Notes: generated from the letters alone by a model not told the origin. 64,000 bases of DNA from Octopus vulgaris (GCA_951406725.2 OX597815.1:184140001-184204000); one strand, 5' to 3'. Positions 40,469 through 55,417 are shown, counted from the first letter of the stretch. Made by a program: numbers and translations.

Positions 40469-40511
40469 TTATAGTTGAAAAGGTCTCAAATGACCGAAAC
40501 CGGTACTGAAA
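40469..40511 (+). ncRNA. Minimal hammerhead motif (decayed core) inside a 34-bp inverted repeat (40425-40459 / 40534-40568)
   Basis: ag TTGAAAA ggtc-tcaaat-gacc GAAAC CG GTA ct; palindromic stem III ACCGGT. Confidence 0.55.
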
Positions 40512-40556
40512 TGTTCTTTATAAAAATATTTTAACATTTTCTATTTTGACTTGTTT

Positions 40557-40620
<64 letters not shown>

Positions 40621-40811
40621 ATACTAAGCAATTAAGGGTTTAGCAACGAATTGCCTCACCAACACACCGAATTTAGAAATAGCAGTCAAAGAGATATAGC
40701 TATTCCTTCTACTAAAAGGGAGATCTCAGTAAAAACACAGCACTTGAAAGGCAAACACAGACAGGTAAGAAAGAATGAAATGACGGCAATCTATCATACA
40801 ATTTTAAGTTA

Positions 40812-40903
40812 CCTACGGACGTACGTTTCGAAATCAAGTTTTAGGAAAGCATAAGAATTAGAAAATTCTACCTTACCCAAACTTCTTTTCTCATCGGCGT
40901 AGG
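40812..40903 (-). ncRNA. Type I hammerhead motif with long branched stem II
   Basis: cctacg CCGATGA gaaa...tttc GAAAC gtac GTC cgtagg: perfect 6-bp stem I, palindromic stem III, U4-to-C change in the core. Confidence 0.7.
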
Positions 40904-40967
40904 ATACTACAATTATGAATAATTGTATATTAAATTTTGAGATACTAGAAGGCATTATCTCAACTCA

Positions 40968-41012
<45 letters not shown>

Positions 41013-41022
41013 CATATATAGA

Positions 41023-41210
41023 TATTTCTTTATTGTCTACAGGGGGGTAAACATAGAGGGGACAAACAAGGATAGACAAAAGCATTAAGTCGATTATATA
41101 TCGCCCCCAGTGCGTAACTGGTACTTATCCAATTGAACCCAGAACGTAGCGGCAGACGAAATACGGCTACACATTTCGTCCGGCGTACTAATGATTCTGG
41201 TAGCTCGACG
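41023..41210 (-). mobile_element. SINE family B (internally deleted)
   Basis: Matches both ends of family B. Confidence 0.75.
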
Positions 41211-41252
41211 CGTGCGTATATATACATATATATGAACAGCTATGGCTTTATA

Positions 41253-41415
41253 GGCGCTGATGTAGCTGTGTAGTAAGAAGCTTGTTTTCCAACCACATGC
41301 TTCAGGGTTCCATTATCATCGCGTGACACTCTGGGTAGGTAACTTCTAGTATAGCCTCGGGCCGACCAAGGGTACGTGAATGCATTTGTTAGATTGAAAC
41401 TGAAAGAAGTTCACT
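41253..41415 (+). mobile_element. SINE family A head (old)
   Basis: Degenerate match to the family A head. Confidence 0.65.
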
Positions 41416-41597
41416 ATATATATATGCACATGTGTGTACATACATTTACATGTGTGTGTGTGTGTGTGTATTTCTGTGTAATTATGTATTTATGTATGTA
41501 TAACCTTTTCACGAACGTTATTATTGACAGTTATTGAACAGAAATTATCAATATACAAATGTTTCAGCTAAACAAATGTTTCAGAATCTGGCAAACA

Positions 41598-42156
41598 TTG
41601 TTCGAAGGTTATAATGGACACAGTTTGTATGCCAAATAGCCATCTTAAGGCGATGGCCTCATGGAGCTAATCAGCGACAGCTTTTAGTCTTATATCTATA
41701 AGACTGCCATATTAATATGGCGATAACAATTAATTTCCAGTAACGCTGCCGTGATCTCTTTTAGAGAGACTTAGTAATTTTAATATTTCTATTATTGAAA
41801 ACAAGTGGATGTATTCCACCGAGACTAGGTAAATAAAACTTTCGAACAGAGACGATCAGTGGCGACACCTGCTGGGTCGACTACGCTACATTGACAAGGG
41901 GCAAATGCCCTGAAACGCGTCTGTAGCTGTCTGACTAGCAGTGTGAAGCGGCTGACCTCCCTTGTTCGAAGGTTATAATGGACACAGTTTGTGTGTCAAA
42001 TAGCTATCTTAAGGCGATGACCTCATGGAGCTAATCAGCGACAGCTTTTAGTCTTATATCTATAAGACTGCCATATTAATATGGCGATAACAATTAATTT
42101 CCAGTAACGCTGCCGTAATCTCTTTTAGAGAGACTTAGTAATTTTAATATTTCTAT

Positions 42157-42159
<3 letters not shown>
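41598..42159 (+). mobile_element. 364-bp-period partial tandem repeat (1.5 units) containing a hammerhead: PLE pseudo-LTR or retrozyme-like
   Basis: 41598-41795 is repeated at 41962-42159 with few substitutions; HHR at 41885-41927. Confidence 0.75.
41885..41927 (+). ncRNA. Type I hammerhead ribozyme motif with mutated core
   Basis: gctaca TTGACAA ggggc-aaat-gccct GAAAC GC GTC tgtagc. Stem I extends through ctgctgggtcgac / gtctgactagcag. Confidence 0.7.
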
Positions 42160-43770
<1,611 letters not shown>

Positions 43771-44090
43771 GTATTACTATACATAGATGCCCTTAATATG
43801 AATAAATATATTTAAAGGGAATAATTAATAATTTTTCCCTATCAGGTTTTTCACGCTGCCTACTTGATAAATTCTTATATAGATTTTATCCTATTTATAC
43901 ACACACATATATACGCATACATAAATATATATGTATGTGTATATATACGAGCATGTATGTAGATGTGTGTTTATATAAAATTTTCAATATCATTTATTTA
44001 GGAGAACCGAAATCATTTTTGGCCGTCTATGTCTCGAATGGATGTATTTTTCCTATCCCATTCCACCGGAAATATCTTACATTTATCCAT

Positions 44091-44295
44091 TTATTCTTTT
44101 ATTTGACTGTGGCCATGCTGGAGCACCGCCTTCATTGGAGCAAGTCGACCCCAAGACTTATTCTTTATAAGCCTAGTACTTATTGTATCGGTCTCTCTTG
44201 CCGAACCGCTGAGTGACGGGGACGTAAACACACCGCATCGGTTGTCAAGCGATGTGGGAGGGGGAGACAAACACAGATACACAGGCATATACATA

Positions 44296-44362
<67 letters not shown>

Positions 44363-44600
44363 CTTATCTCTTATATATATATGAATATATATATACGACG
44401 GGCTTCTTCTCTCTCTCTTTTATATATGAATATATATATACGACGGGCTTCTTTCAGTTTCCGTCTACCAAATCCACTCACAAGGCTTTGGTCGGCCCGA
44501 GACTATAGTAGAAGACACTTACCCAAGGTGCCGGCAGTGGGATTGAACCCGGAACCAGGTGGCTGGTGAGCAAATTACTTACCGCAAAGCCACTCCTGCG
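44091..44600 (-). mobile_element. SINE family A
   Basis: Full copy with an internal (CA)n and a small duplication. Confidence 0.85.
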
Positions 44601-45779
44601 TCATTTCTTATATTTACAGACGTAACTGTCACAGGACTAAACTACTTTATTAAGCGACAATTTATTTATGTGTTTATAACTTCCCGATTTGTTTGACAAA
44701 GAAAGTACGAATTAAAAATGTATTTGGGGAACAAGACGTCTGTTTGGAAATTTCTAAAAACAAATTTCTAAAGACAATACATAGATGCAAAGAAAATATA
44801 TGTTCTTAGCGAACACCCATATATCATTAATTCATCAATGTTTGCCAGATTCTGAAACATTTGTTTAGCTGAAACATTTGTATATTGATAATTTCTGTTC
44901 AATAACTGTCAATAACGTTCGTGAAAAGGTTATACATACATAAATACATAATTACACACACACACACACACATGTAAATGTATGTACACATATGTGCATA
45001 TATACATATATATGTGTATGCGTTTAAGTGTTTATAATAATAAAAATAAAAAAATAAAGAAAAAGCGTTTAAGTGTTTATGTGTATTTGCGTTTGCCTGC
45101 TCGCGCCGCGCGTTCGTCTGTGTATACTTGTGTATCTATTCTGAAGATGCAATGAGAGAAAGCGTTGATGGTGACAGGATTAAGAGTAATTGTTTCCGAA
45201 ACGATGTGCAGGGGACTTGTGCAACAGAATTCTGAAGAAAAAAAAATGTTAAAATGGAAAGATAATTGTGATTTGAACACAGCACGTCTAAAGAAAAGAC
45301 TTTCATATATATTTATTGCTGACCTTCTAACGTAGGCGATTTCTACTTAGTTTGCAGTCACCTATGCTCTATACATATCCCTCTGTATTTCTACATTTTA
45401 TGTATATTAAATTACCTCTCGTGCATCATTCAAATTTTCGAATGCTGTACATTTAAGATTTTGACTTTATTTATTCGCTTCCCTCCTAATGTTTTTTCTT
45501 CTCATATTTTATATATATATATATTCTATCTCCTTTAATTTTTTTTCTACTCTATCATTTACTTTGCGTGTGGTTTATTCTTTTACTTTTGTCATTTATT
45601 TAATTTCCTATTACGTTCTTGAAGATTTACTTTCATGTTTAATTTTTTTTCTTTGATATTCTTAGCGCTTTATTCTTTTCGTGTGTTCTTTCTCTCCTCC
45701 GTCCGTTTACTTATTCATCAGTTATTGATGGTGTCTCAGGAATGTATAATATACTGCTACCTGTCTGCCATCCGCTGAA

Positions 45780-46630
45780 GCAGTTTTGAAGGACATGAAC
45801 CGGTCTACAGATCTATTTTTTTCTCCAATAATGACTGTCTAGCTCTTCCGTCAACAGTAATGTAATATTGGACGCAGACTTGTGTCTAGTGATACACTTC
45901 AGCTTGTAGTGTTTGCTTGGAACAAGTGTTGTTGTTTCCTTCTAGTTTCGAAAGTGTCTTTCTGACATTTGGCAACAATGGCATTTACTGCTCAGTCTTC
46001 TATTTGCGACATACGCCAGTATTCATATTAAATATATTATTTAACCACCGTACATGTCTCGGATATTTGATATTCAATCCATTTCAAGTTGTAGTACGAG
46101 AAACCACTTCAGGTAGTTTGCTAAAGCTACTGACAAGATCCTTGCTTCTTATAGAGCTTACTGTCACACCAGGCTTTGTTTAAGTGTGTATATAGTCACA
46201 GACCATCTTCAGTATTTTCTATGTTGAAGAGCAGTCAGTGTTCTATAAACGTCAAGCTTGGATATTAAGTAATCTCCCAAAATTTCCCATAAAGCTGACG
46301 AAGAAATACAAAAGATGAAACCTATTATGCACCCTGATATCAGTGCAACTTTATATGTCTTTTTATTTCTTTGAACTAAAATGGAAATTGCAAAATCATT
46401 ATTAGACTGGCAGCACGTTTCAATGATGGTAAACATATTCTGTGGTAATAAAGTGAAGCTAAATGTTTTTCGGTTGTGTTTGAAACACGCTAGCACTGCC
46501 GCATTGTTATGCATTATTATATCTCCCAGACGATTAAGCATATTTGGAGTATGAAAATAATTTTCAACTGGGCTCATTACTTTGATTGCTCCAATGTTAC
46601 GATTTTCATAGGACATCAAATCCCTAGATT
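45780..46630 (-). pseudogene. Ancient non-LTR (RTE-like) reverse transcriptase remnant
   Basis: NRNIGAIKVMS...MLNRLGDII...ACFKHNRKT...DFAISILVQ...VALIS...ISSSALWEILGDY resembles RT domains 1-3 (NYR.I.LLS, Q.GFR..RST, VAFID..KAFD...LW.IL..YG). Confidence 0.55.
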
Positions 46631-46660
46631 TTCATTCTTTAGAACTGCTCTGGGATGGAT

Positions 46661-46735
<75 letters not shown>

Positions 46736-46749
46736 TACATACATACATA

Positions 46750-47262
46750 CATGGTGGCTGCTCCCTCGTTGTCGAGAATGGCCATTGAATGAAGCTTAAT
46801 CAATGTTGTTATCGTGCAATGCCTGTGCAAGAAGATTTTTTTTAAGTGAGGAAAGGCTGTGCACTGAGTCAATCCCACTCACTAAGCAACAGCAACCATA
46901 ATCCGAAAAGAAGAACAAGTCAACATCATCGGTAACCACTGAGCCGCAGGTTTTATGTCGGAGTTATCCAAGTTACCTGAATTACCTTCTCCTAGAAGGA
47001 TACTCTAACAAAGTGTAGGAGTCCTTCACTCCCAATGTTCCCGCGCATGATACAGCCTTAAGACATTTATTGGATGGCCGTTGACTCTCAAGAGTTTCTC
47101 CGCCCTTTGACGGGTTCTGTTTTTCATCCGCAGGGTGTCCACTAAACACCCTCCTCACCAAGCAAGCTTGGTGGGGTTGCCGGTTTAGTCGCCGACGACC
47201 CGACCATGCAACAGGTTGTACTGCGTTACATGTTACCAGTAGCACTCGAAAGTGACCTGACA
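46750..47262 (-). mobile_element. Probable non-autonomous RTE-related element
   Basis: GC-richer block between (TACA)n tracts. Minus-strand ggcgactaaaccggcaacccc and the end ctcgacaacgagggagcagcc resemble RTE termini (recognised from memory, not aligned). Confidence 0.35.
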
Positions 47263-47294
47263 TACATACATACATACATATATGTATTTGTATG

Positions 47295-47506
47295 TTTATT
47301 CTTTTACTCGTTTCAGTCAATTGACTGTGGCCATGCTGGAGCACCGTCTTGAAGCATTTTAGTCGACCAACTGGACACTATGAATTATTTTTAAGCCTAC
47401 TACTTTTCTATAGGTCCCTTTTGTTGAACAGATAAATTACGGGTACGTAAACACACCAGCACCGGTTGTCAAGCTGTAATGGGGACAAACACACACACAT
47501 ATAGAT

Positions 47507-47540
<34 letters not shown>
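47295..47540 (-). mobile_element. SINE family A, 3' half
   Basis: Matches the family A tail. Confidence 0.75.
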
Positions 47541-47541
<1 letters not shown>

Positions 47542-47684
47542 GTTATGGTGTATTCTGTTAAGAACGTAGTAGAATGCAGTATAAAGCTCGTTCACCTTCA
47601 GATTTACCCTGCACTATCAAATAGTAGAATTATACGGACTTCAAGGTTTGCATTTGGGAATCTGTCGTGTGTGAATACATAATG

Positions 47685-48135
47685 GAAAAAAAAATTGAAG
47701 TCAGCAGGAAGGGGTACGGTTGGACACTTATTTTTTAATCACTACAATTGTTTCGACACAACGTAGTTCTCCATGTGTGCTGTTACTCGATTATGCCACC
47801 GTTTTCCTGCATTATCAGACCTAGTTGTGTTTCCTCAGGCGATATGTAAATATTGTCTCTGTCAGTTTAAAATTCTCGGCTTCAAGAACATCCTCTCTGT
47901 CTGTCATGGCCTGAATTTAGTAGTCATCACTGATCTTATCAGGGTGTTTTCCCACTGAAGGGCCGTTGGCAGACTGATCTGAATGTGTAGATGAGGTGGA
48001 ATGGTGATTCCGGTACTGCTAAAGTAGTTATCATTTTAAAGGAATTGCTACTTTATTTCTTTCTACTGCTAAATTTTTCATACTTCTTTACACATGCGAT
48101 TGTCGTTAGCTGACTTTTAAGATTCAACGCTCGGA
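47685..48135 (-). mobile_element. ~450-bp HHR-bearing element (also at 48470-48735 plus and 56048-56390 plus)
   Basis: Three mutually homologous copies; HHR at 47738-47843. Confidence 0.7.
47738..47843 (-). ncRNA. Type I hammerhead motif with an ~77-nt stem II domain
   Basis: atcgc CTGAGGA aacacaac...gttgtgtc GAAAC aatt GTA gtgat; palindromic stem III ACAATTGT. Confidence 0.65.
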
Positions 48136-48208
48136 CACACACGCATACACATGCATACGCACACACATACATATATATACATTCATACACACATACATAC
48201 GCACACGT

Positions 48209-48256
<48 letters not shown>

Positions 48257-48469
48257 CTACTTACATGTAGACGAATACCGACACACTCACACCCATAGAT
48301 GTAAATATATGTATTCACACACATATACCCAAATACAAATATATCTACGCATACACATATATATATATATATATATATACATACATGTGCACATACATTC
48401 ACACACACATATATATATATATATACGTTTGTGAGTGTGTGTATGTGTGTGTGTGTGTGCGTGTATGTA

Positions 48470-48735
48470 TCTGAGCGTTGAATCTTAAAGGCCAGCTAAG
48501 GCCAATCGCATGTGTAACCAGCCATGAAGAACAAATCTGCAGTACAAAGAATAAGAATAGCATACCAATCCCTTAAAACGGCAACCACTTCAACGGTACC
48601 AGTATCAACATCCCTCTACATCAACACATTCAAAGCAATCTGCAAATGCTACATCAAAACACTCTGATAAGCTCAGTGACGCGTACTAAATTCAGGCTAC
48701 AGCAGACAGGTAGGATGTTCCTGAAGCTGAGGATG
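48470..48735 (+). mobile_element. Second, inverted, 3'-truncated copy of the 47685-48135 element
   Basis: gagcgttgaatcttaaa...caatcgcatgtgtaa...ctaaattcaggc...ggatgttc matches the first copy. Confidence 0.7.
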
Positions 48736-49300
48736 TAATAAAGGTTTATGATTTGAGCTTGTTGCATTTAAGAGACTTGTGAAGAATTCGTTTCTCATCT
48801 CCAATCACAGTCGAGTCTAAAATTTGTGCTTGTAGATCATATGTATAGAGCGGTCTACAGTTGTTAAGATTTTGCAGCTGCTAGATCGCAAAGAAATCCT
48901 TTACCGTAACAGTGAAACATTTCGTAGATTTTTGAAATGGTTCGTCATGATGCTAACATTCAGTCTAACAGAAGCTTACTCCTTGGAGGTGGTGCTTCTA
49001 GTATTTTGACATACAATTCAGAAGATATTCATATATAAATAGGTTAAGACTACCATTAGTTTCATGTTAAGGAAGTCCCTCAACAATTATCAAGCCTTTC
49101 ACATGAAACCTCGTTGTTCGTCTACATTTCGAATTAAAGCATGAAAGATCACGTAAACTTTCATCGTCTAATCCAAAATGGAAGCAAAAGCCGATGTTCT
49201 CTGTGACAGGGTTGATAACTATTGATGGACTCTCATACATGAAAGCAAAAACAATGAAAGACTTAAACCGTTAAATATATTTTTAGTCACTATAGCAGAT

Positions 49301-49340
<40 letters not shown>

Positions 49341-51902
49341 ACATGCGCATAGATAAACACATAGTGTTTGTATCAATATATGTCGGCATGTGTCAATATG
49401 TGTATATAAAAGGAATGAGTCGAAATTGCAGAGGAAGTAAACAAACCGTTGATTTCAAATGAAGTGGTTTGTGGTGTTTATTCCACTAGAATTTCTGAGC
49501 AAACCTCTTGAGGTTTGAACCAATGTAAATATAGTTTACCTGTTACTGACCTACTGGAGATCTGAAACTTACGATTCTATCCCTCACAGAAATAACTGAA
49601 AAATATTAAAAAATTAAATACTTATTTGAAGAAACTCAGTAGTAAAAGAAATTGGTGGGTCATGTATTTTTGTTATGTCTTTATAGAAACAAATTCCATC
49701 TTTATACTGCAGTATTTCATTGAATAACAGCATTGCAATGATTTAATTCTTGCATTACTTTATGCAGCTGATTTTGCAATGTCCAAAAATACATTTTTCA
49801 ATGCCTGCAGGTCGGCATCTCTTTCTCTCTTTTACCTAAGTCTCTTATTTTATTATTTTTGTTGTCATGCTACACTAGAAGTTGTCTTCTGTACTGTCTT
49901 CTATCGGCAATCTGTAAAATAATGTTATTCGATATCATATTGAATGTTAAAACCTTCCCTAAACCCTTGAAAATCTGCATATTTCCTACGGTAAATGCTA
50001 ATGCAAATTCGATGAGTTATGTCTTTTTCGTGAGTTCCTTCATCATTTAGCGTTTGAGTAATCAATACAATATCGTTTTCTCTATTAACATCTAGATACA
50101 TGAAAGTTACCTCCTTTTAGCAGAAGAGAAAAAATCTATATTGTCTAAGAATAGTCAAGTATATATATAAAGTCTTGTTGATGATGAATTTATCTCTTAG
50201 CTGATCATATCAGACACAGTATTATATCATACACCGCATGATCGGAACAATTTGAAACCCCATGGTTCCCTGGGGTTTCAAATTCACATATGGGATGTAT
50301 ACAATAGACTAAACGGAAATCATTCTCTGTGGATTCCGATTTGCCATTTAGATGTAACTTTGGCGACTCACACACAAATTCAGACTTGATTATATCGAAG
50401 ATTTAATTTTTATGGTTACGAGAAAAAAAAATTCAATTGATAGCAAGTTGGATGGATATCTTTCGGTTTTAATAAACCTCACCAGCAAAGCATATTTTTT
50501 CAAAGTCTGCTAAATTAGAGGACAGAAGTTTAGAAGAGGAGAACTTGTTAATAAGAACTGTGGCTAAATAAATTTGCATATGGTAACGGAGCTAGTGATT
50601 TGATTAAATTGAGTTAATGTTACTAATTTAGGTAAGTGAGACTGCGAGATTGTGAGTTAAATAACGTACATAAAACGTCTCATCGAAATGGATTCTACAT
50701 TTATGCTCAAAGAAGCGAAGAAAACGGAGAGAGAGGAAAATGCCAGTTATTTTCAAATAGAATAATGGATAATTTCAAGAAAATAATAATTTTACGGTAG
50801 TTTTATTTTACATGCGATGGTGGAGATATTTCATTCTAAAATTTGACGTCAGCCATCTTGTCGTCATACAGCAGTTCCAGTATTACTTGTACTTCGTTTT
50901 GCAGTTTACAAAATTCATCAAGAAGATTAAATGACTGAATATGAGTGTGCAAATAATGATACTTGAAGCTATGATAGCGTAGAACAAAGACCTACTCTAA
51001 GTTGATAAATTGCATGGTAAATAATTCTATAAATTCTGACCGGGAATTTTCTATAATCAATATTGCAGGGAGCTTATCTAACTTCATGTTCCTATAACAA
51101 AGAGGTAATATTTCTTTAATTCATTAGTCTGGCGACTTCTCTAAAGTTCAGTGGGCTGCTTAAGATATTAGAAGGATTATAAGGTAAACACTACTTTGTC
51201 AGCTCTTTCAAAATACGCAGGGGAGACAGAGCGAAGGAGGGGGAAAAGACATAGATAGCGACAAGGGAGGCGAGAGAGAGAGAGAGAGAAAGAGAGAGAT
51301 ATGGTGGCGTTAAGAGATCTCAGTATTTATCTGGAAGTACATTTATTGACCCTGATGTAACGAAATGTGAGATAGACACGAGTGTTCTGAACACATATTG
51401 TAAGGTGTTCTATCTTAATTTGCTCTACTGCTGTAAAATGTTCTTTACATTGATGCTACTTTCAATGCTGTAGAAATTATTGTTGTACCTAAAGAGAAAA
51501 TTTATTGTAATTTAATCAAACCAAACCCCTCACCCCACAACTCTTGACAATCCCTTCGGCTGTAAACTTGACATATTCACTTTTTAAAAATATATTTCCC
51601 TTGTAATCGACGTCGAATAAGATCTAACAATATTTCATGGCCTACATCTATTCCTTTCTTTATGAGAATAATATATAATTTTAAAAGACGTTAAGAAACA
51701 GAAACTATAAAACACTATTTAATTCATAGTATTTAATTAGATACTTTCTGGTTATTTAATTACTATGCATTCTGTTAGATTTCGTCAAAATACATCATGC
51801 GTTCCAATTTTGCAACATTAAATGTAGCATCCTTGTCAGTGTTTTCCTTTTTGTGTAATTTATTAATAAGAGGTGTGGCAGAGATGTATATTTTATTAAT
51901 AA

Positions 51903-52470
51903 GAGTTGGCAGAAACGTTGGCACGCCGGACGAAATGCTTAGCAGCATTTCTTCTGCCGCTACGTTTTGAGTTCAAATTCCGCCGAGGTCGACTTTGCCT
52001 TTCATCCTTTCGGGGTCGATAAATTACGTACCATTTACGCACTGGGCGCAATATAATCGACTTAATCCGTTTGTCTGTCCTTGTTTGTCCTCTCTGTGTT
52101 TAGGCCATTGTGGGTAGTAAAGAAATAGGTATTTCCCCTGTCGCTACATTCTGAGTTCAAATTCCGCCGAGTTCGACTTTGCCTTTCATCATTTAGGGGT
52201 CGATTAAGTAAATACTAGTTACGCACTGGGGTCGATGTAATCGACTTAATCCGTGTGCCTGTCCTTGTTTGTTCCCTATGTGTTTAGCCCTTTGTGGGTA
52301 GTAAAGAAAATGGAATAGGTATTTCACCTGCCGCTACATTCTGAGTTCAAATTCCACGAGGTCGACGTTGACTTTCATTCTTTCTAGATCGATAAATTAA
52401 GTACCAGTTGAGTAGTGGAGTCGATATAATCGACTATCTTCAGGTTTCTGTCTATAATAGGAAGGATTAA
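51903..52470 (+). mobile_element. SINE family B tandem trimer
   Basis: One head and three bodies joined at (ga)aataggtatttc. Confidence 0.85.
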
Positions 52471-52475
52471 TAATA

Positions 52476-52636
52476 GGCGTGGCTGTGTGTTAAGTCGTTT
52501 GCTCCCCACCTACATATTTCCCGGTTCAATCCTATAACATGCCATCTGTCATAACCATAGGCTGACCAAAGCCTTCTAAGTGAATTTGATAGACGGAAGC
52601 TGCATGGCTCCAGTCAAATGACTGAAACAAGTAAAA
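52476..52636 (+). mobile_element. SINE family A (old, internally deleted)
   Basis: Degenerate head fused to the tail. Confidence 0.6.
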
Positions 52637-53149
52637 TATATATGTATATATATATATATATTATATATATATTGAGAAAAAATTTGTCAGAATTTTGGGG
52701 AAAAATCTTTATATTTCTTCATTATTATTAACACTTTCGTTCGTTTCTCGAACTTGTTAAATAAAATTTTGGGAATGTACAAACAGCTTGTTAATTTATA
52801 TAAAACATGTATTTTCGAAATTTTGTTTAGAAGGAAACACTATTTCTTTTTTTGGGGGGGGGAGGTTCTATGACAATAAAGATAGATAGATAGTCAGACA
52901 GAGAGAGAGACAAACAAAAGGACAGACAGACAGATAGACAGATAGATAGATAGATAAATAGATAGATATTAATAAAATACACAGAAGACAAACTCTGACA
53001 ATGAAGCTATATTTAAGGTTACAAAATTTGAATACATGATATATTGGGACGAAATCTATCACAATGCATGATAATTAAATAACCATAAATTAAATCAGGC
53101 ATTATTACCATTAATAATAATAATAATCATAATAATAATAACAATGATA

Positions 53150-53557
53150 AGAATAGGAAGCCAGACATAGTCTTAATTAAGAAGGAAAACAAACTGTGCT
53201 GGATCATAGATATAGCATGCCCAGCTGACAACAAGGTATGCGATAAGGAAGAAAAAAATGATGAGAGATATGAAAGATTAGCTTGGGAAGTTAAGCAGTT
53301 GTGGTCGATGAAAATGGTAGCAGTAGTACCAATAATTATCGGAGCACTGGGAAGAGTGAGTAAAAATCTTGAAAAGTACATGGAACAAATAGGGGCTGCA
53401 ATAAGGGTGGAGCACTTGCAGAAGACAGCACTGCTTTGGAACCGCTCGAATACTGCGGATGGTGCTCGAAAAATAAGAGGTGTTACCTTAGTCCACTGGT
53501 AGTGAACAGCTGACACAGTAGTACATCTCCAGCGTTAGAAGCTGTGCAAAAGCAATC

Positions 53558-53558
<1 letters not shown>
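53150..53558 (+). mobile_element. R4/Dong-type LINE 3' end (restriction-like endonuclease)
   Basis: NRKPDIVLIKKENKLCWIIDIACP...VVPIIIGALG...LQKTALL; begins within (TAA)n. Confidence 0.85.
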
Positions 53559-53591
<33 letters not shown>

Positions 53592-53593
<2 letters not shown>

Positions 53594-53942
53594 TAGCACT
53601 CCGTCGGTTGCAACGAAGAGGGTTCCAGTTGATCCGATCTACGGAACAGCCTGCTCGTGAAATTAACGTGCAGAAACCTGTACCCTTAATGTTGTTCTCA
53701 GGGAGATTCAGCATGACACAGGGTGTGACAAGGTTGGTCCTTTGAAATACAAGTACAACAGAAATAGGAAGAAGGAGTGAGAGAATCTTCTCTTGAAAGA
53801 GTACAGCACCACTGCAGAGTCTCATGGAACTTTATGTCGTTTTTCGCTCAATAAACACTCACAACGTCCGGTCTGGGTATCGAAACTGTGATCTTAAGAC
53901 CACGTGCCCGCAGCCCTCGCCACTAGGCCATTAAACCTCCAC
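53592..53942 (-). mobile_element. SINE family C variant
   Basis: Homologous to 5041-5275 and 27525-28075. Confidence 0.7.
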
Positions 53943-53982
53943 ACACTCACACACACACAGACACACACATATATATATATAT

Positions 53983-54124
53983 GGTGTAGAAGTGACTGTG
54001 TGGCAAGCAACATGCTTACCAACCACATGGTTCCAGGGTCAGTCCCACTTCATGACACCCTGGGCAAGTGTTTTCCACTGAAGCTTTGTGAATGGATTTA
54101 GTAAACGGAAACTGAAAGAATCCC

Positions 54125-54202
<78 letters not shown>

Positions 54203-54395
54203 TGTTTGTGTGTCTGTGTTTGTTCCCCCAACATCGTTTGACAACCGGTGTTGGTATATTTTTGTTCGAAAAAAAAGACCAGTAGTGTGTAGTGTACACG
54301 TCTTAAAAAATTATGAATTCGTAGGGTCGATCAGTTCGACTAAAATTCTTGAAGGTAGTGATCCAACATGGCGACTGTCTTGTGACTGAAAATAT
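53983..54395 (+). mobile_element. SINE family A (old)
   Basis: Head, (TA)/(GA) centre and decayed tail. Confidence 0.7.
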
Positions 54396-55017
54396 AAAAC
54401 ACATTAAGAAAATATAAAGAAGACAAAAATTGACAAAAAACAATTTATCGATAACAAGAAATTATTTTTTATTGGTACAAGATTTTACTTTGAAAGAGTG
54501 TTGCTTGACCGAAAAGTTGGAGACTGGAGTAAAAGGCTTCGAGCAATTTTCATGCGCCGTTTATATTCTCATTTAAACTCCCGACCTTCATATTCCTTAT
54601 CCAGTGATGGATAAAATAAAGTACTAGAGTCGATTCATTGGACTGTTCTCTCTCTGAAAATATGAGGCGCTATAACCGTGTAATACATCGCTGTATTTTA
54701 TTTTTCAAAACATTAATCTTATATTAATTTATGAGTTAGTATTTCATCAGAAAGTTAATGGCATCGTGAAATTCTGCCAAAGTAGAAGACGCCGCGAAAA
54801 TTACTTTTGTTGCTTGGAGAGAAAAAGAAAAATTACTCTCGTCATACAAATTTTTTTGCAAAATATTTGTAAACAACAATAGAATCTAATTTCAACTTAT
54901 TTCTCTGTCTCTTATCTAACGTATTTATTCTTGGGTTCACATAGTTATATGAATGTTATTATATGTGTACATATATGTGAGTAGAAACATTCACTGAAAG
55001 CTACATACGCACACTGT

Positions 55018-55020
<3 letters not shown>

Positions 55021-55072
<52 letters not shown>

Positions 55073-55321
55073 ATATATATATATGTATATATGTATATAT
55101 ATATATATATGTATATATGTATATATATATATGTATATATATGTATGTATGTATGTATATATATATATGTATGTATATATATATATGTATATATATGTAT
55201 ATATATGTATATATATGTATATATATGTATATATATGTATGCATATATGTATGTATATATATGTATGCATATATGTATATGTATATATGTATATATATAT
55301 GTATATGTATATATGTATATA

Positions 55322-55380
<59 letters not shown>

Positions 55381-55417
55381 ATATATATATATGTATATAT
55401 GTATATATGTATATATG

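Noticed and set aside
51903-52470. CRISPR-like repeat array
   Set aside because: The units are ~170-bp SINE bodies without unique spacers, in eukaryotic DNA with no cas genes.
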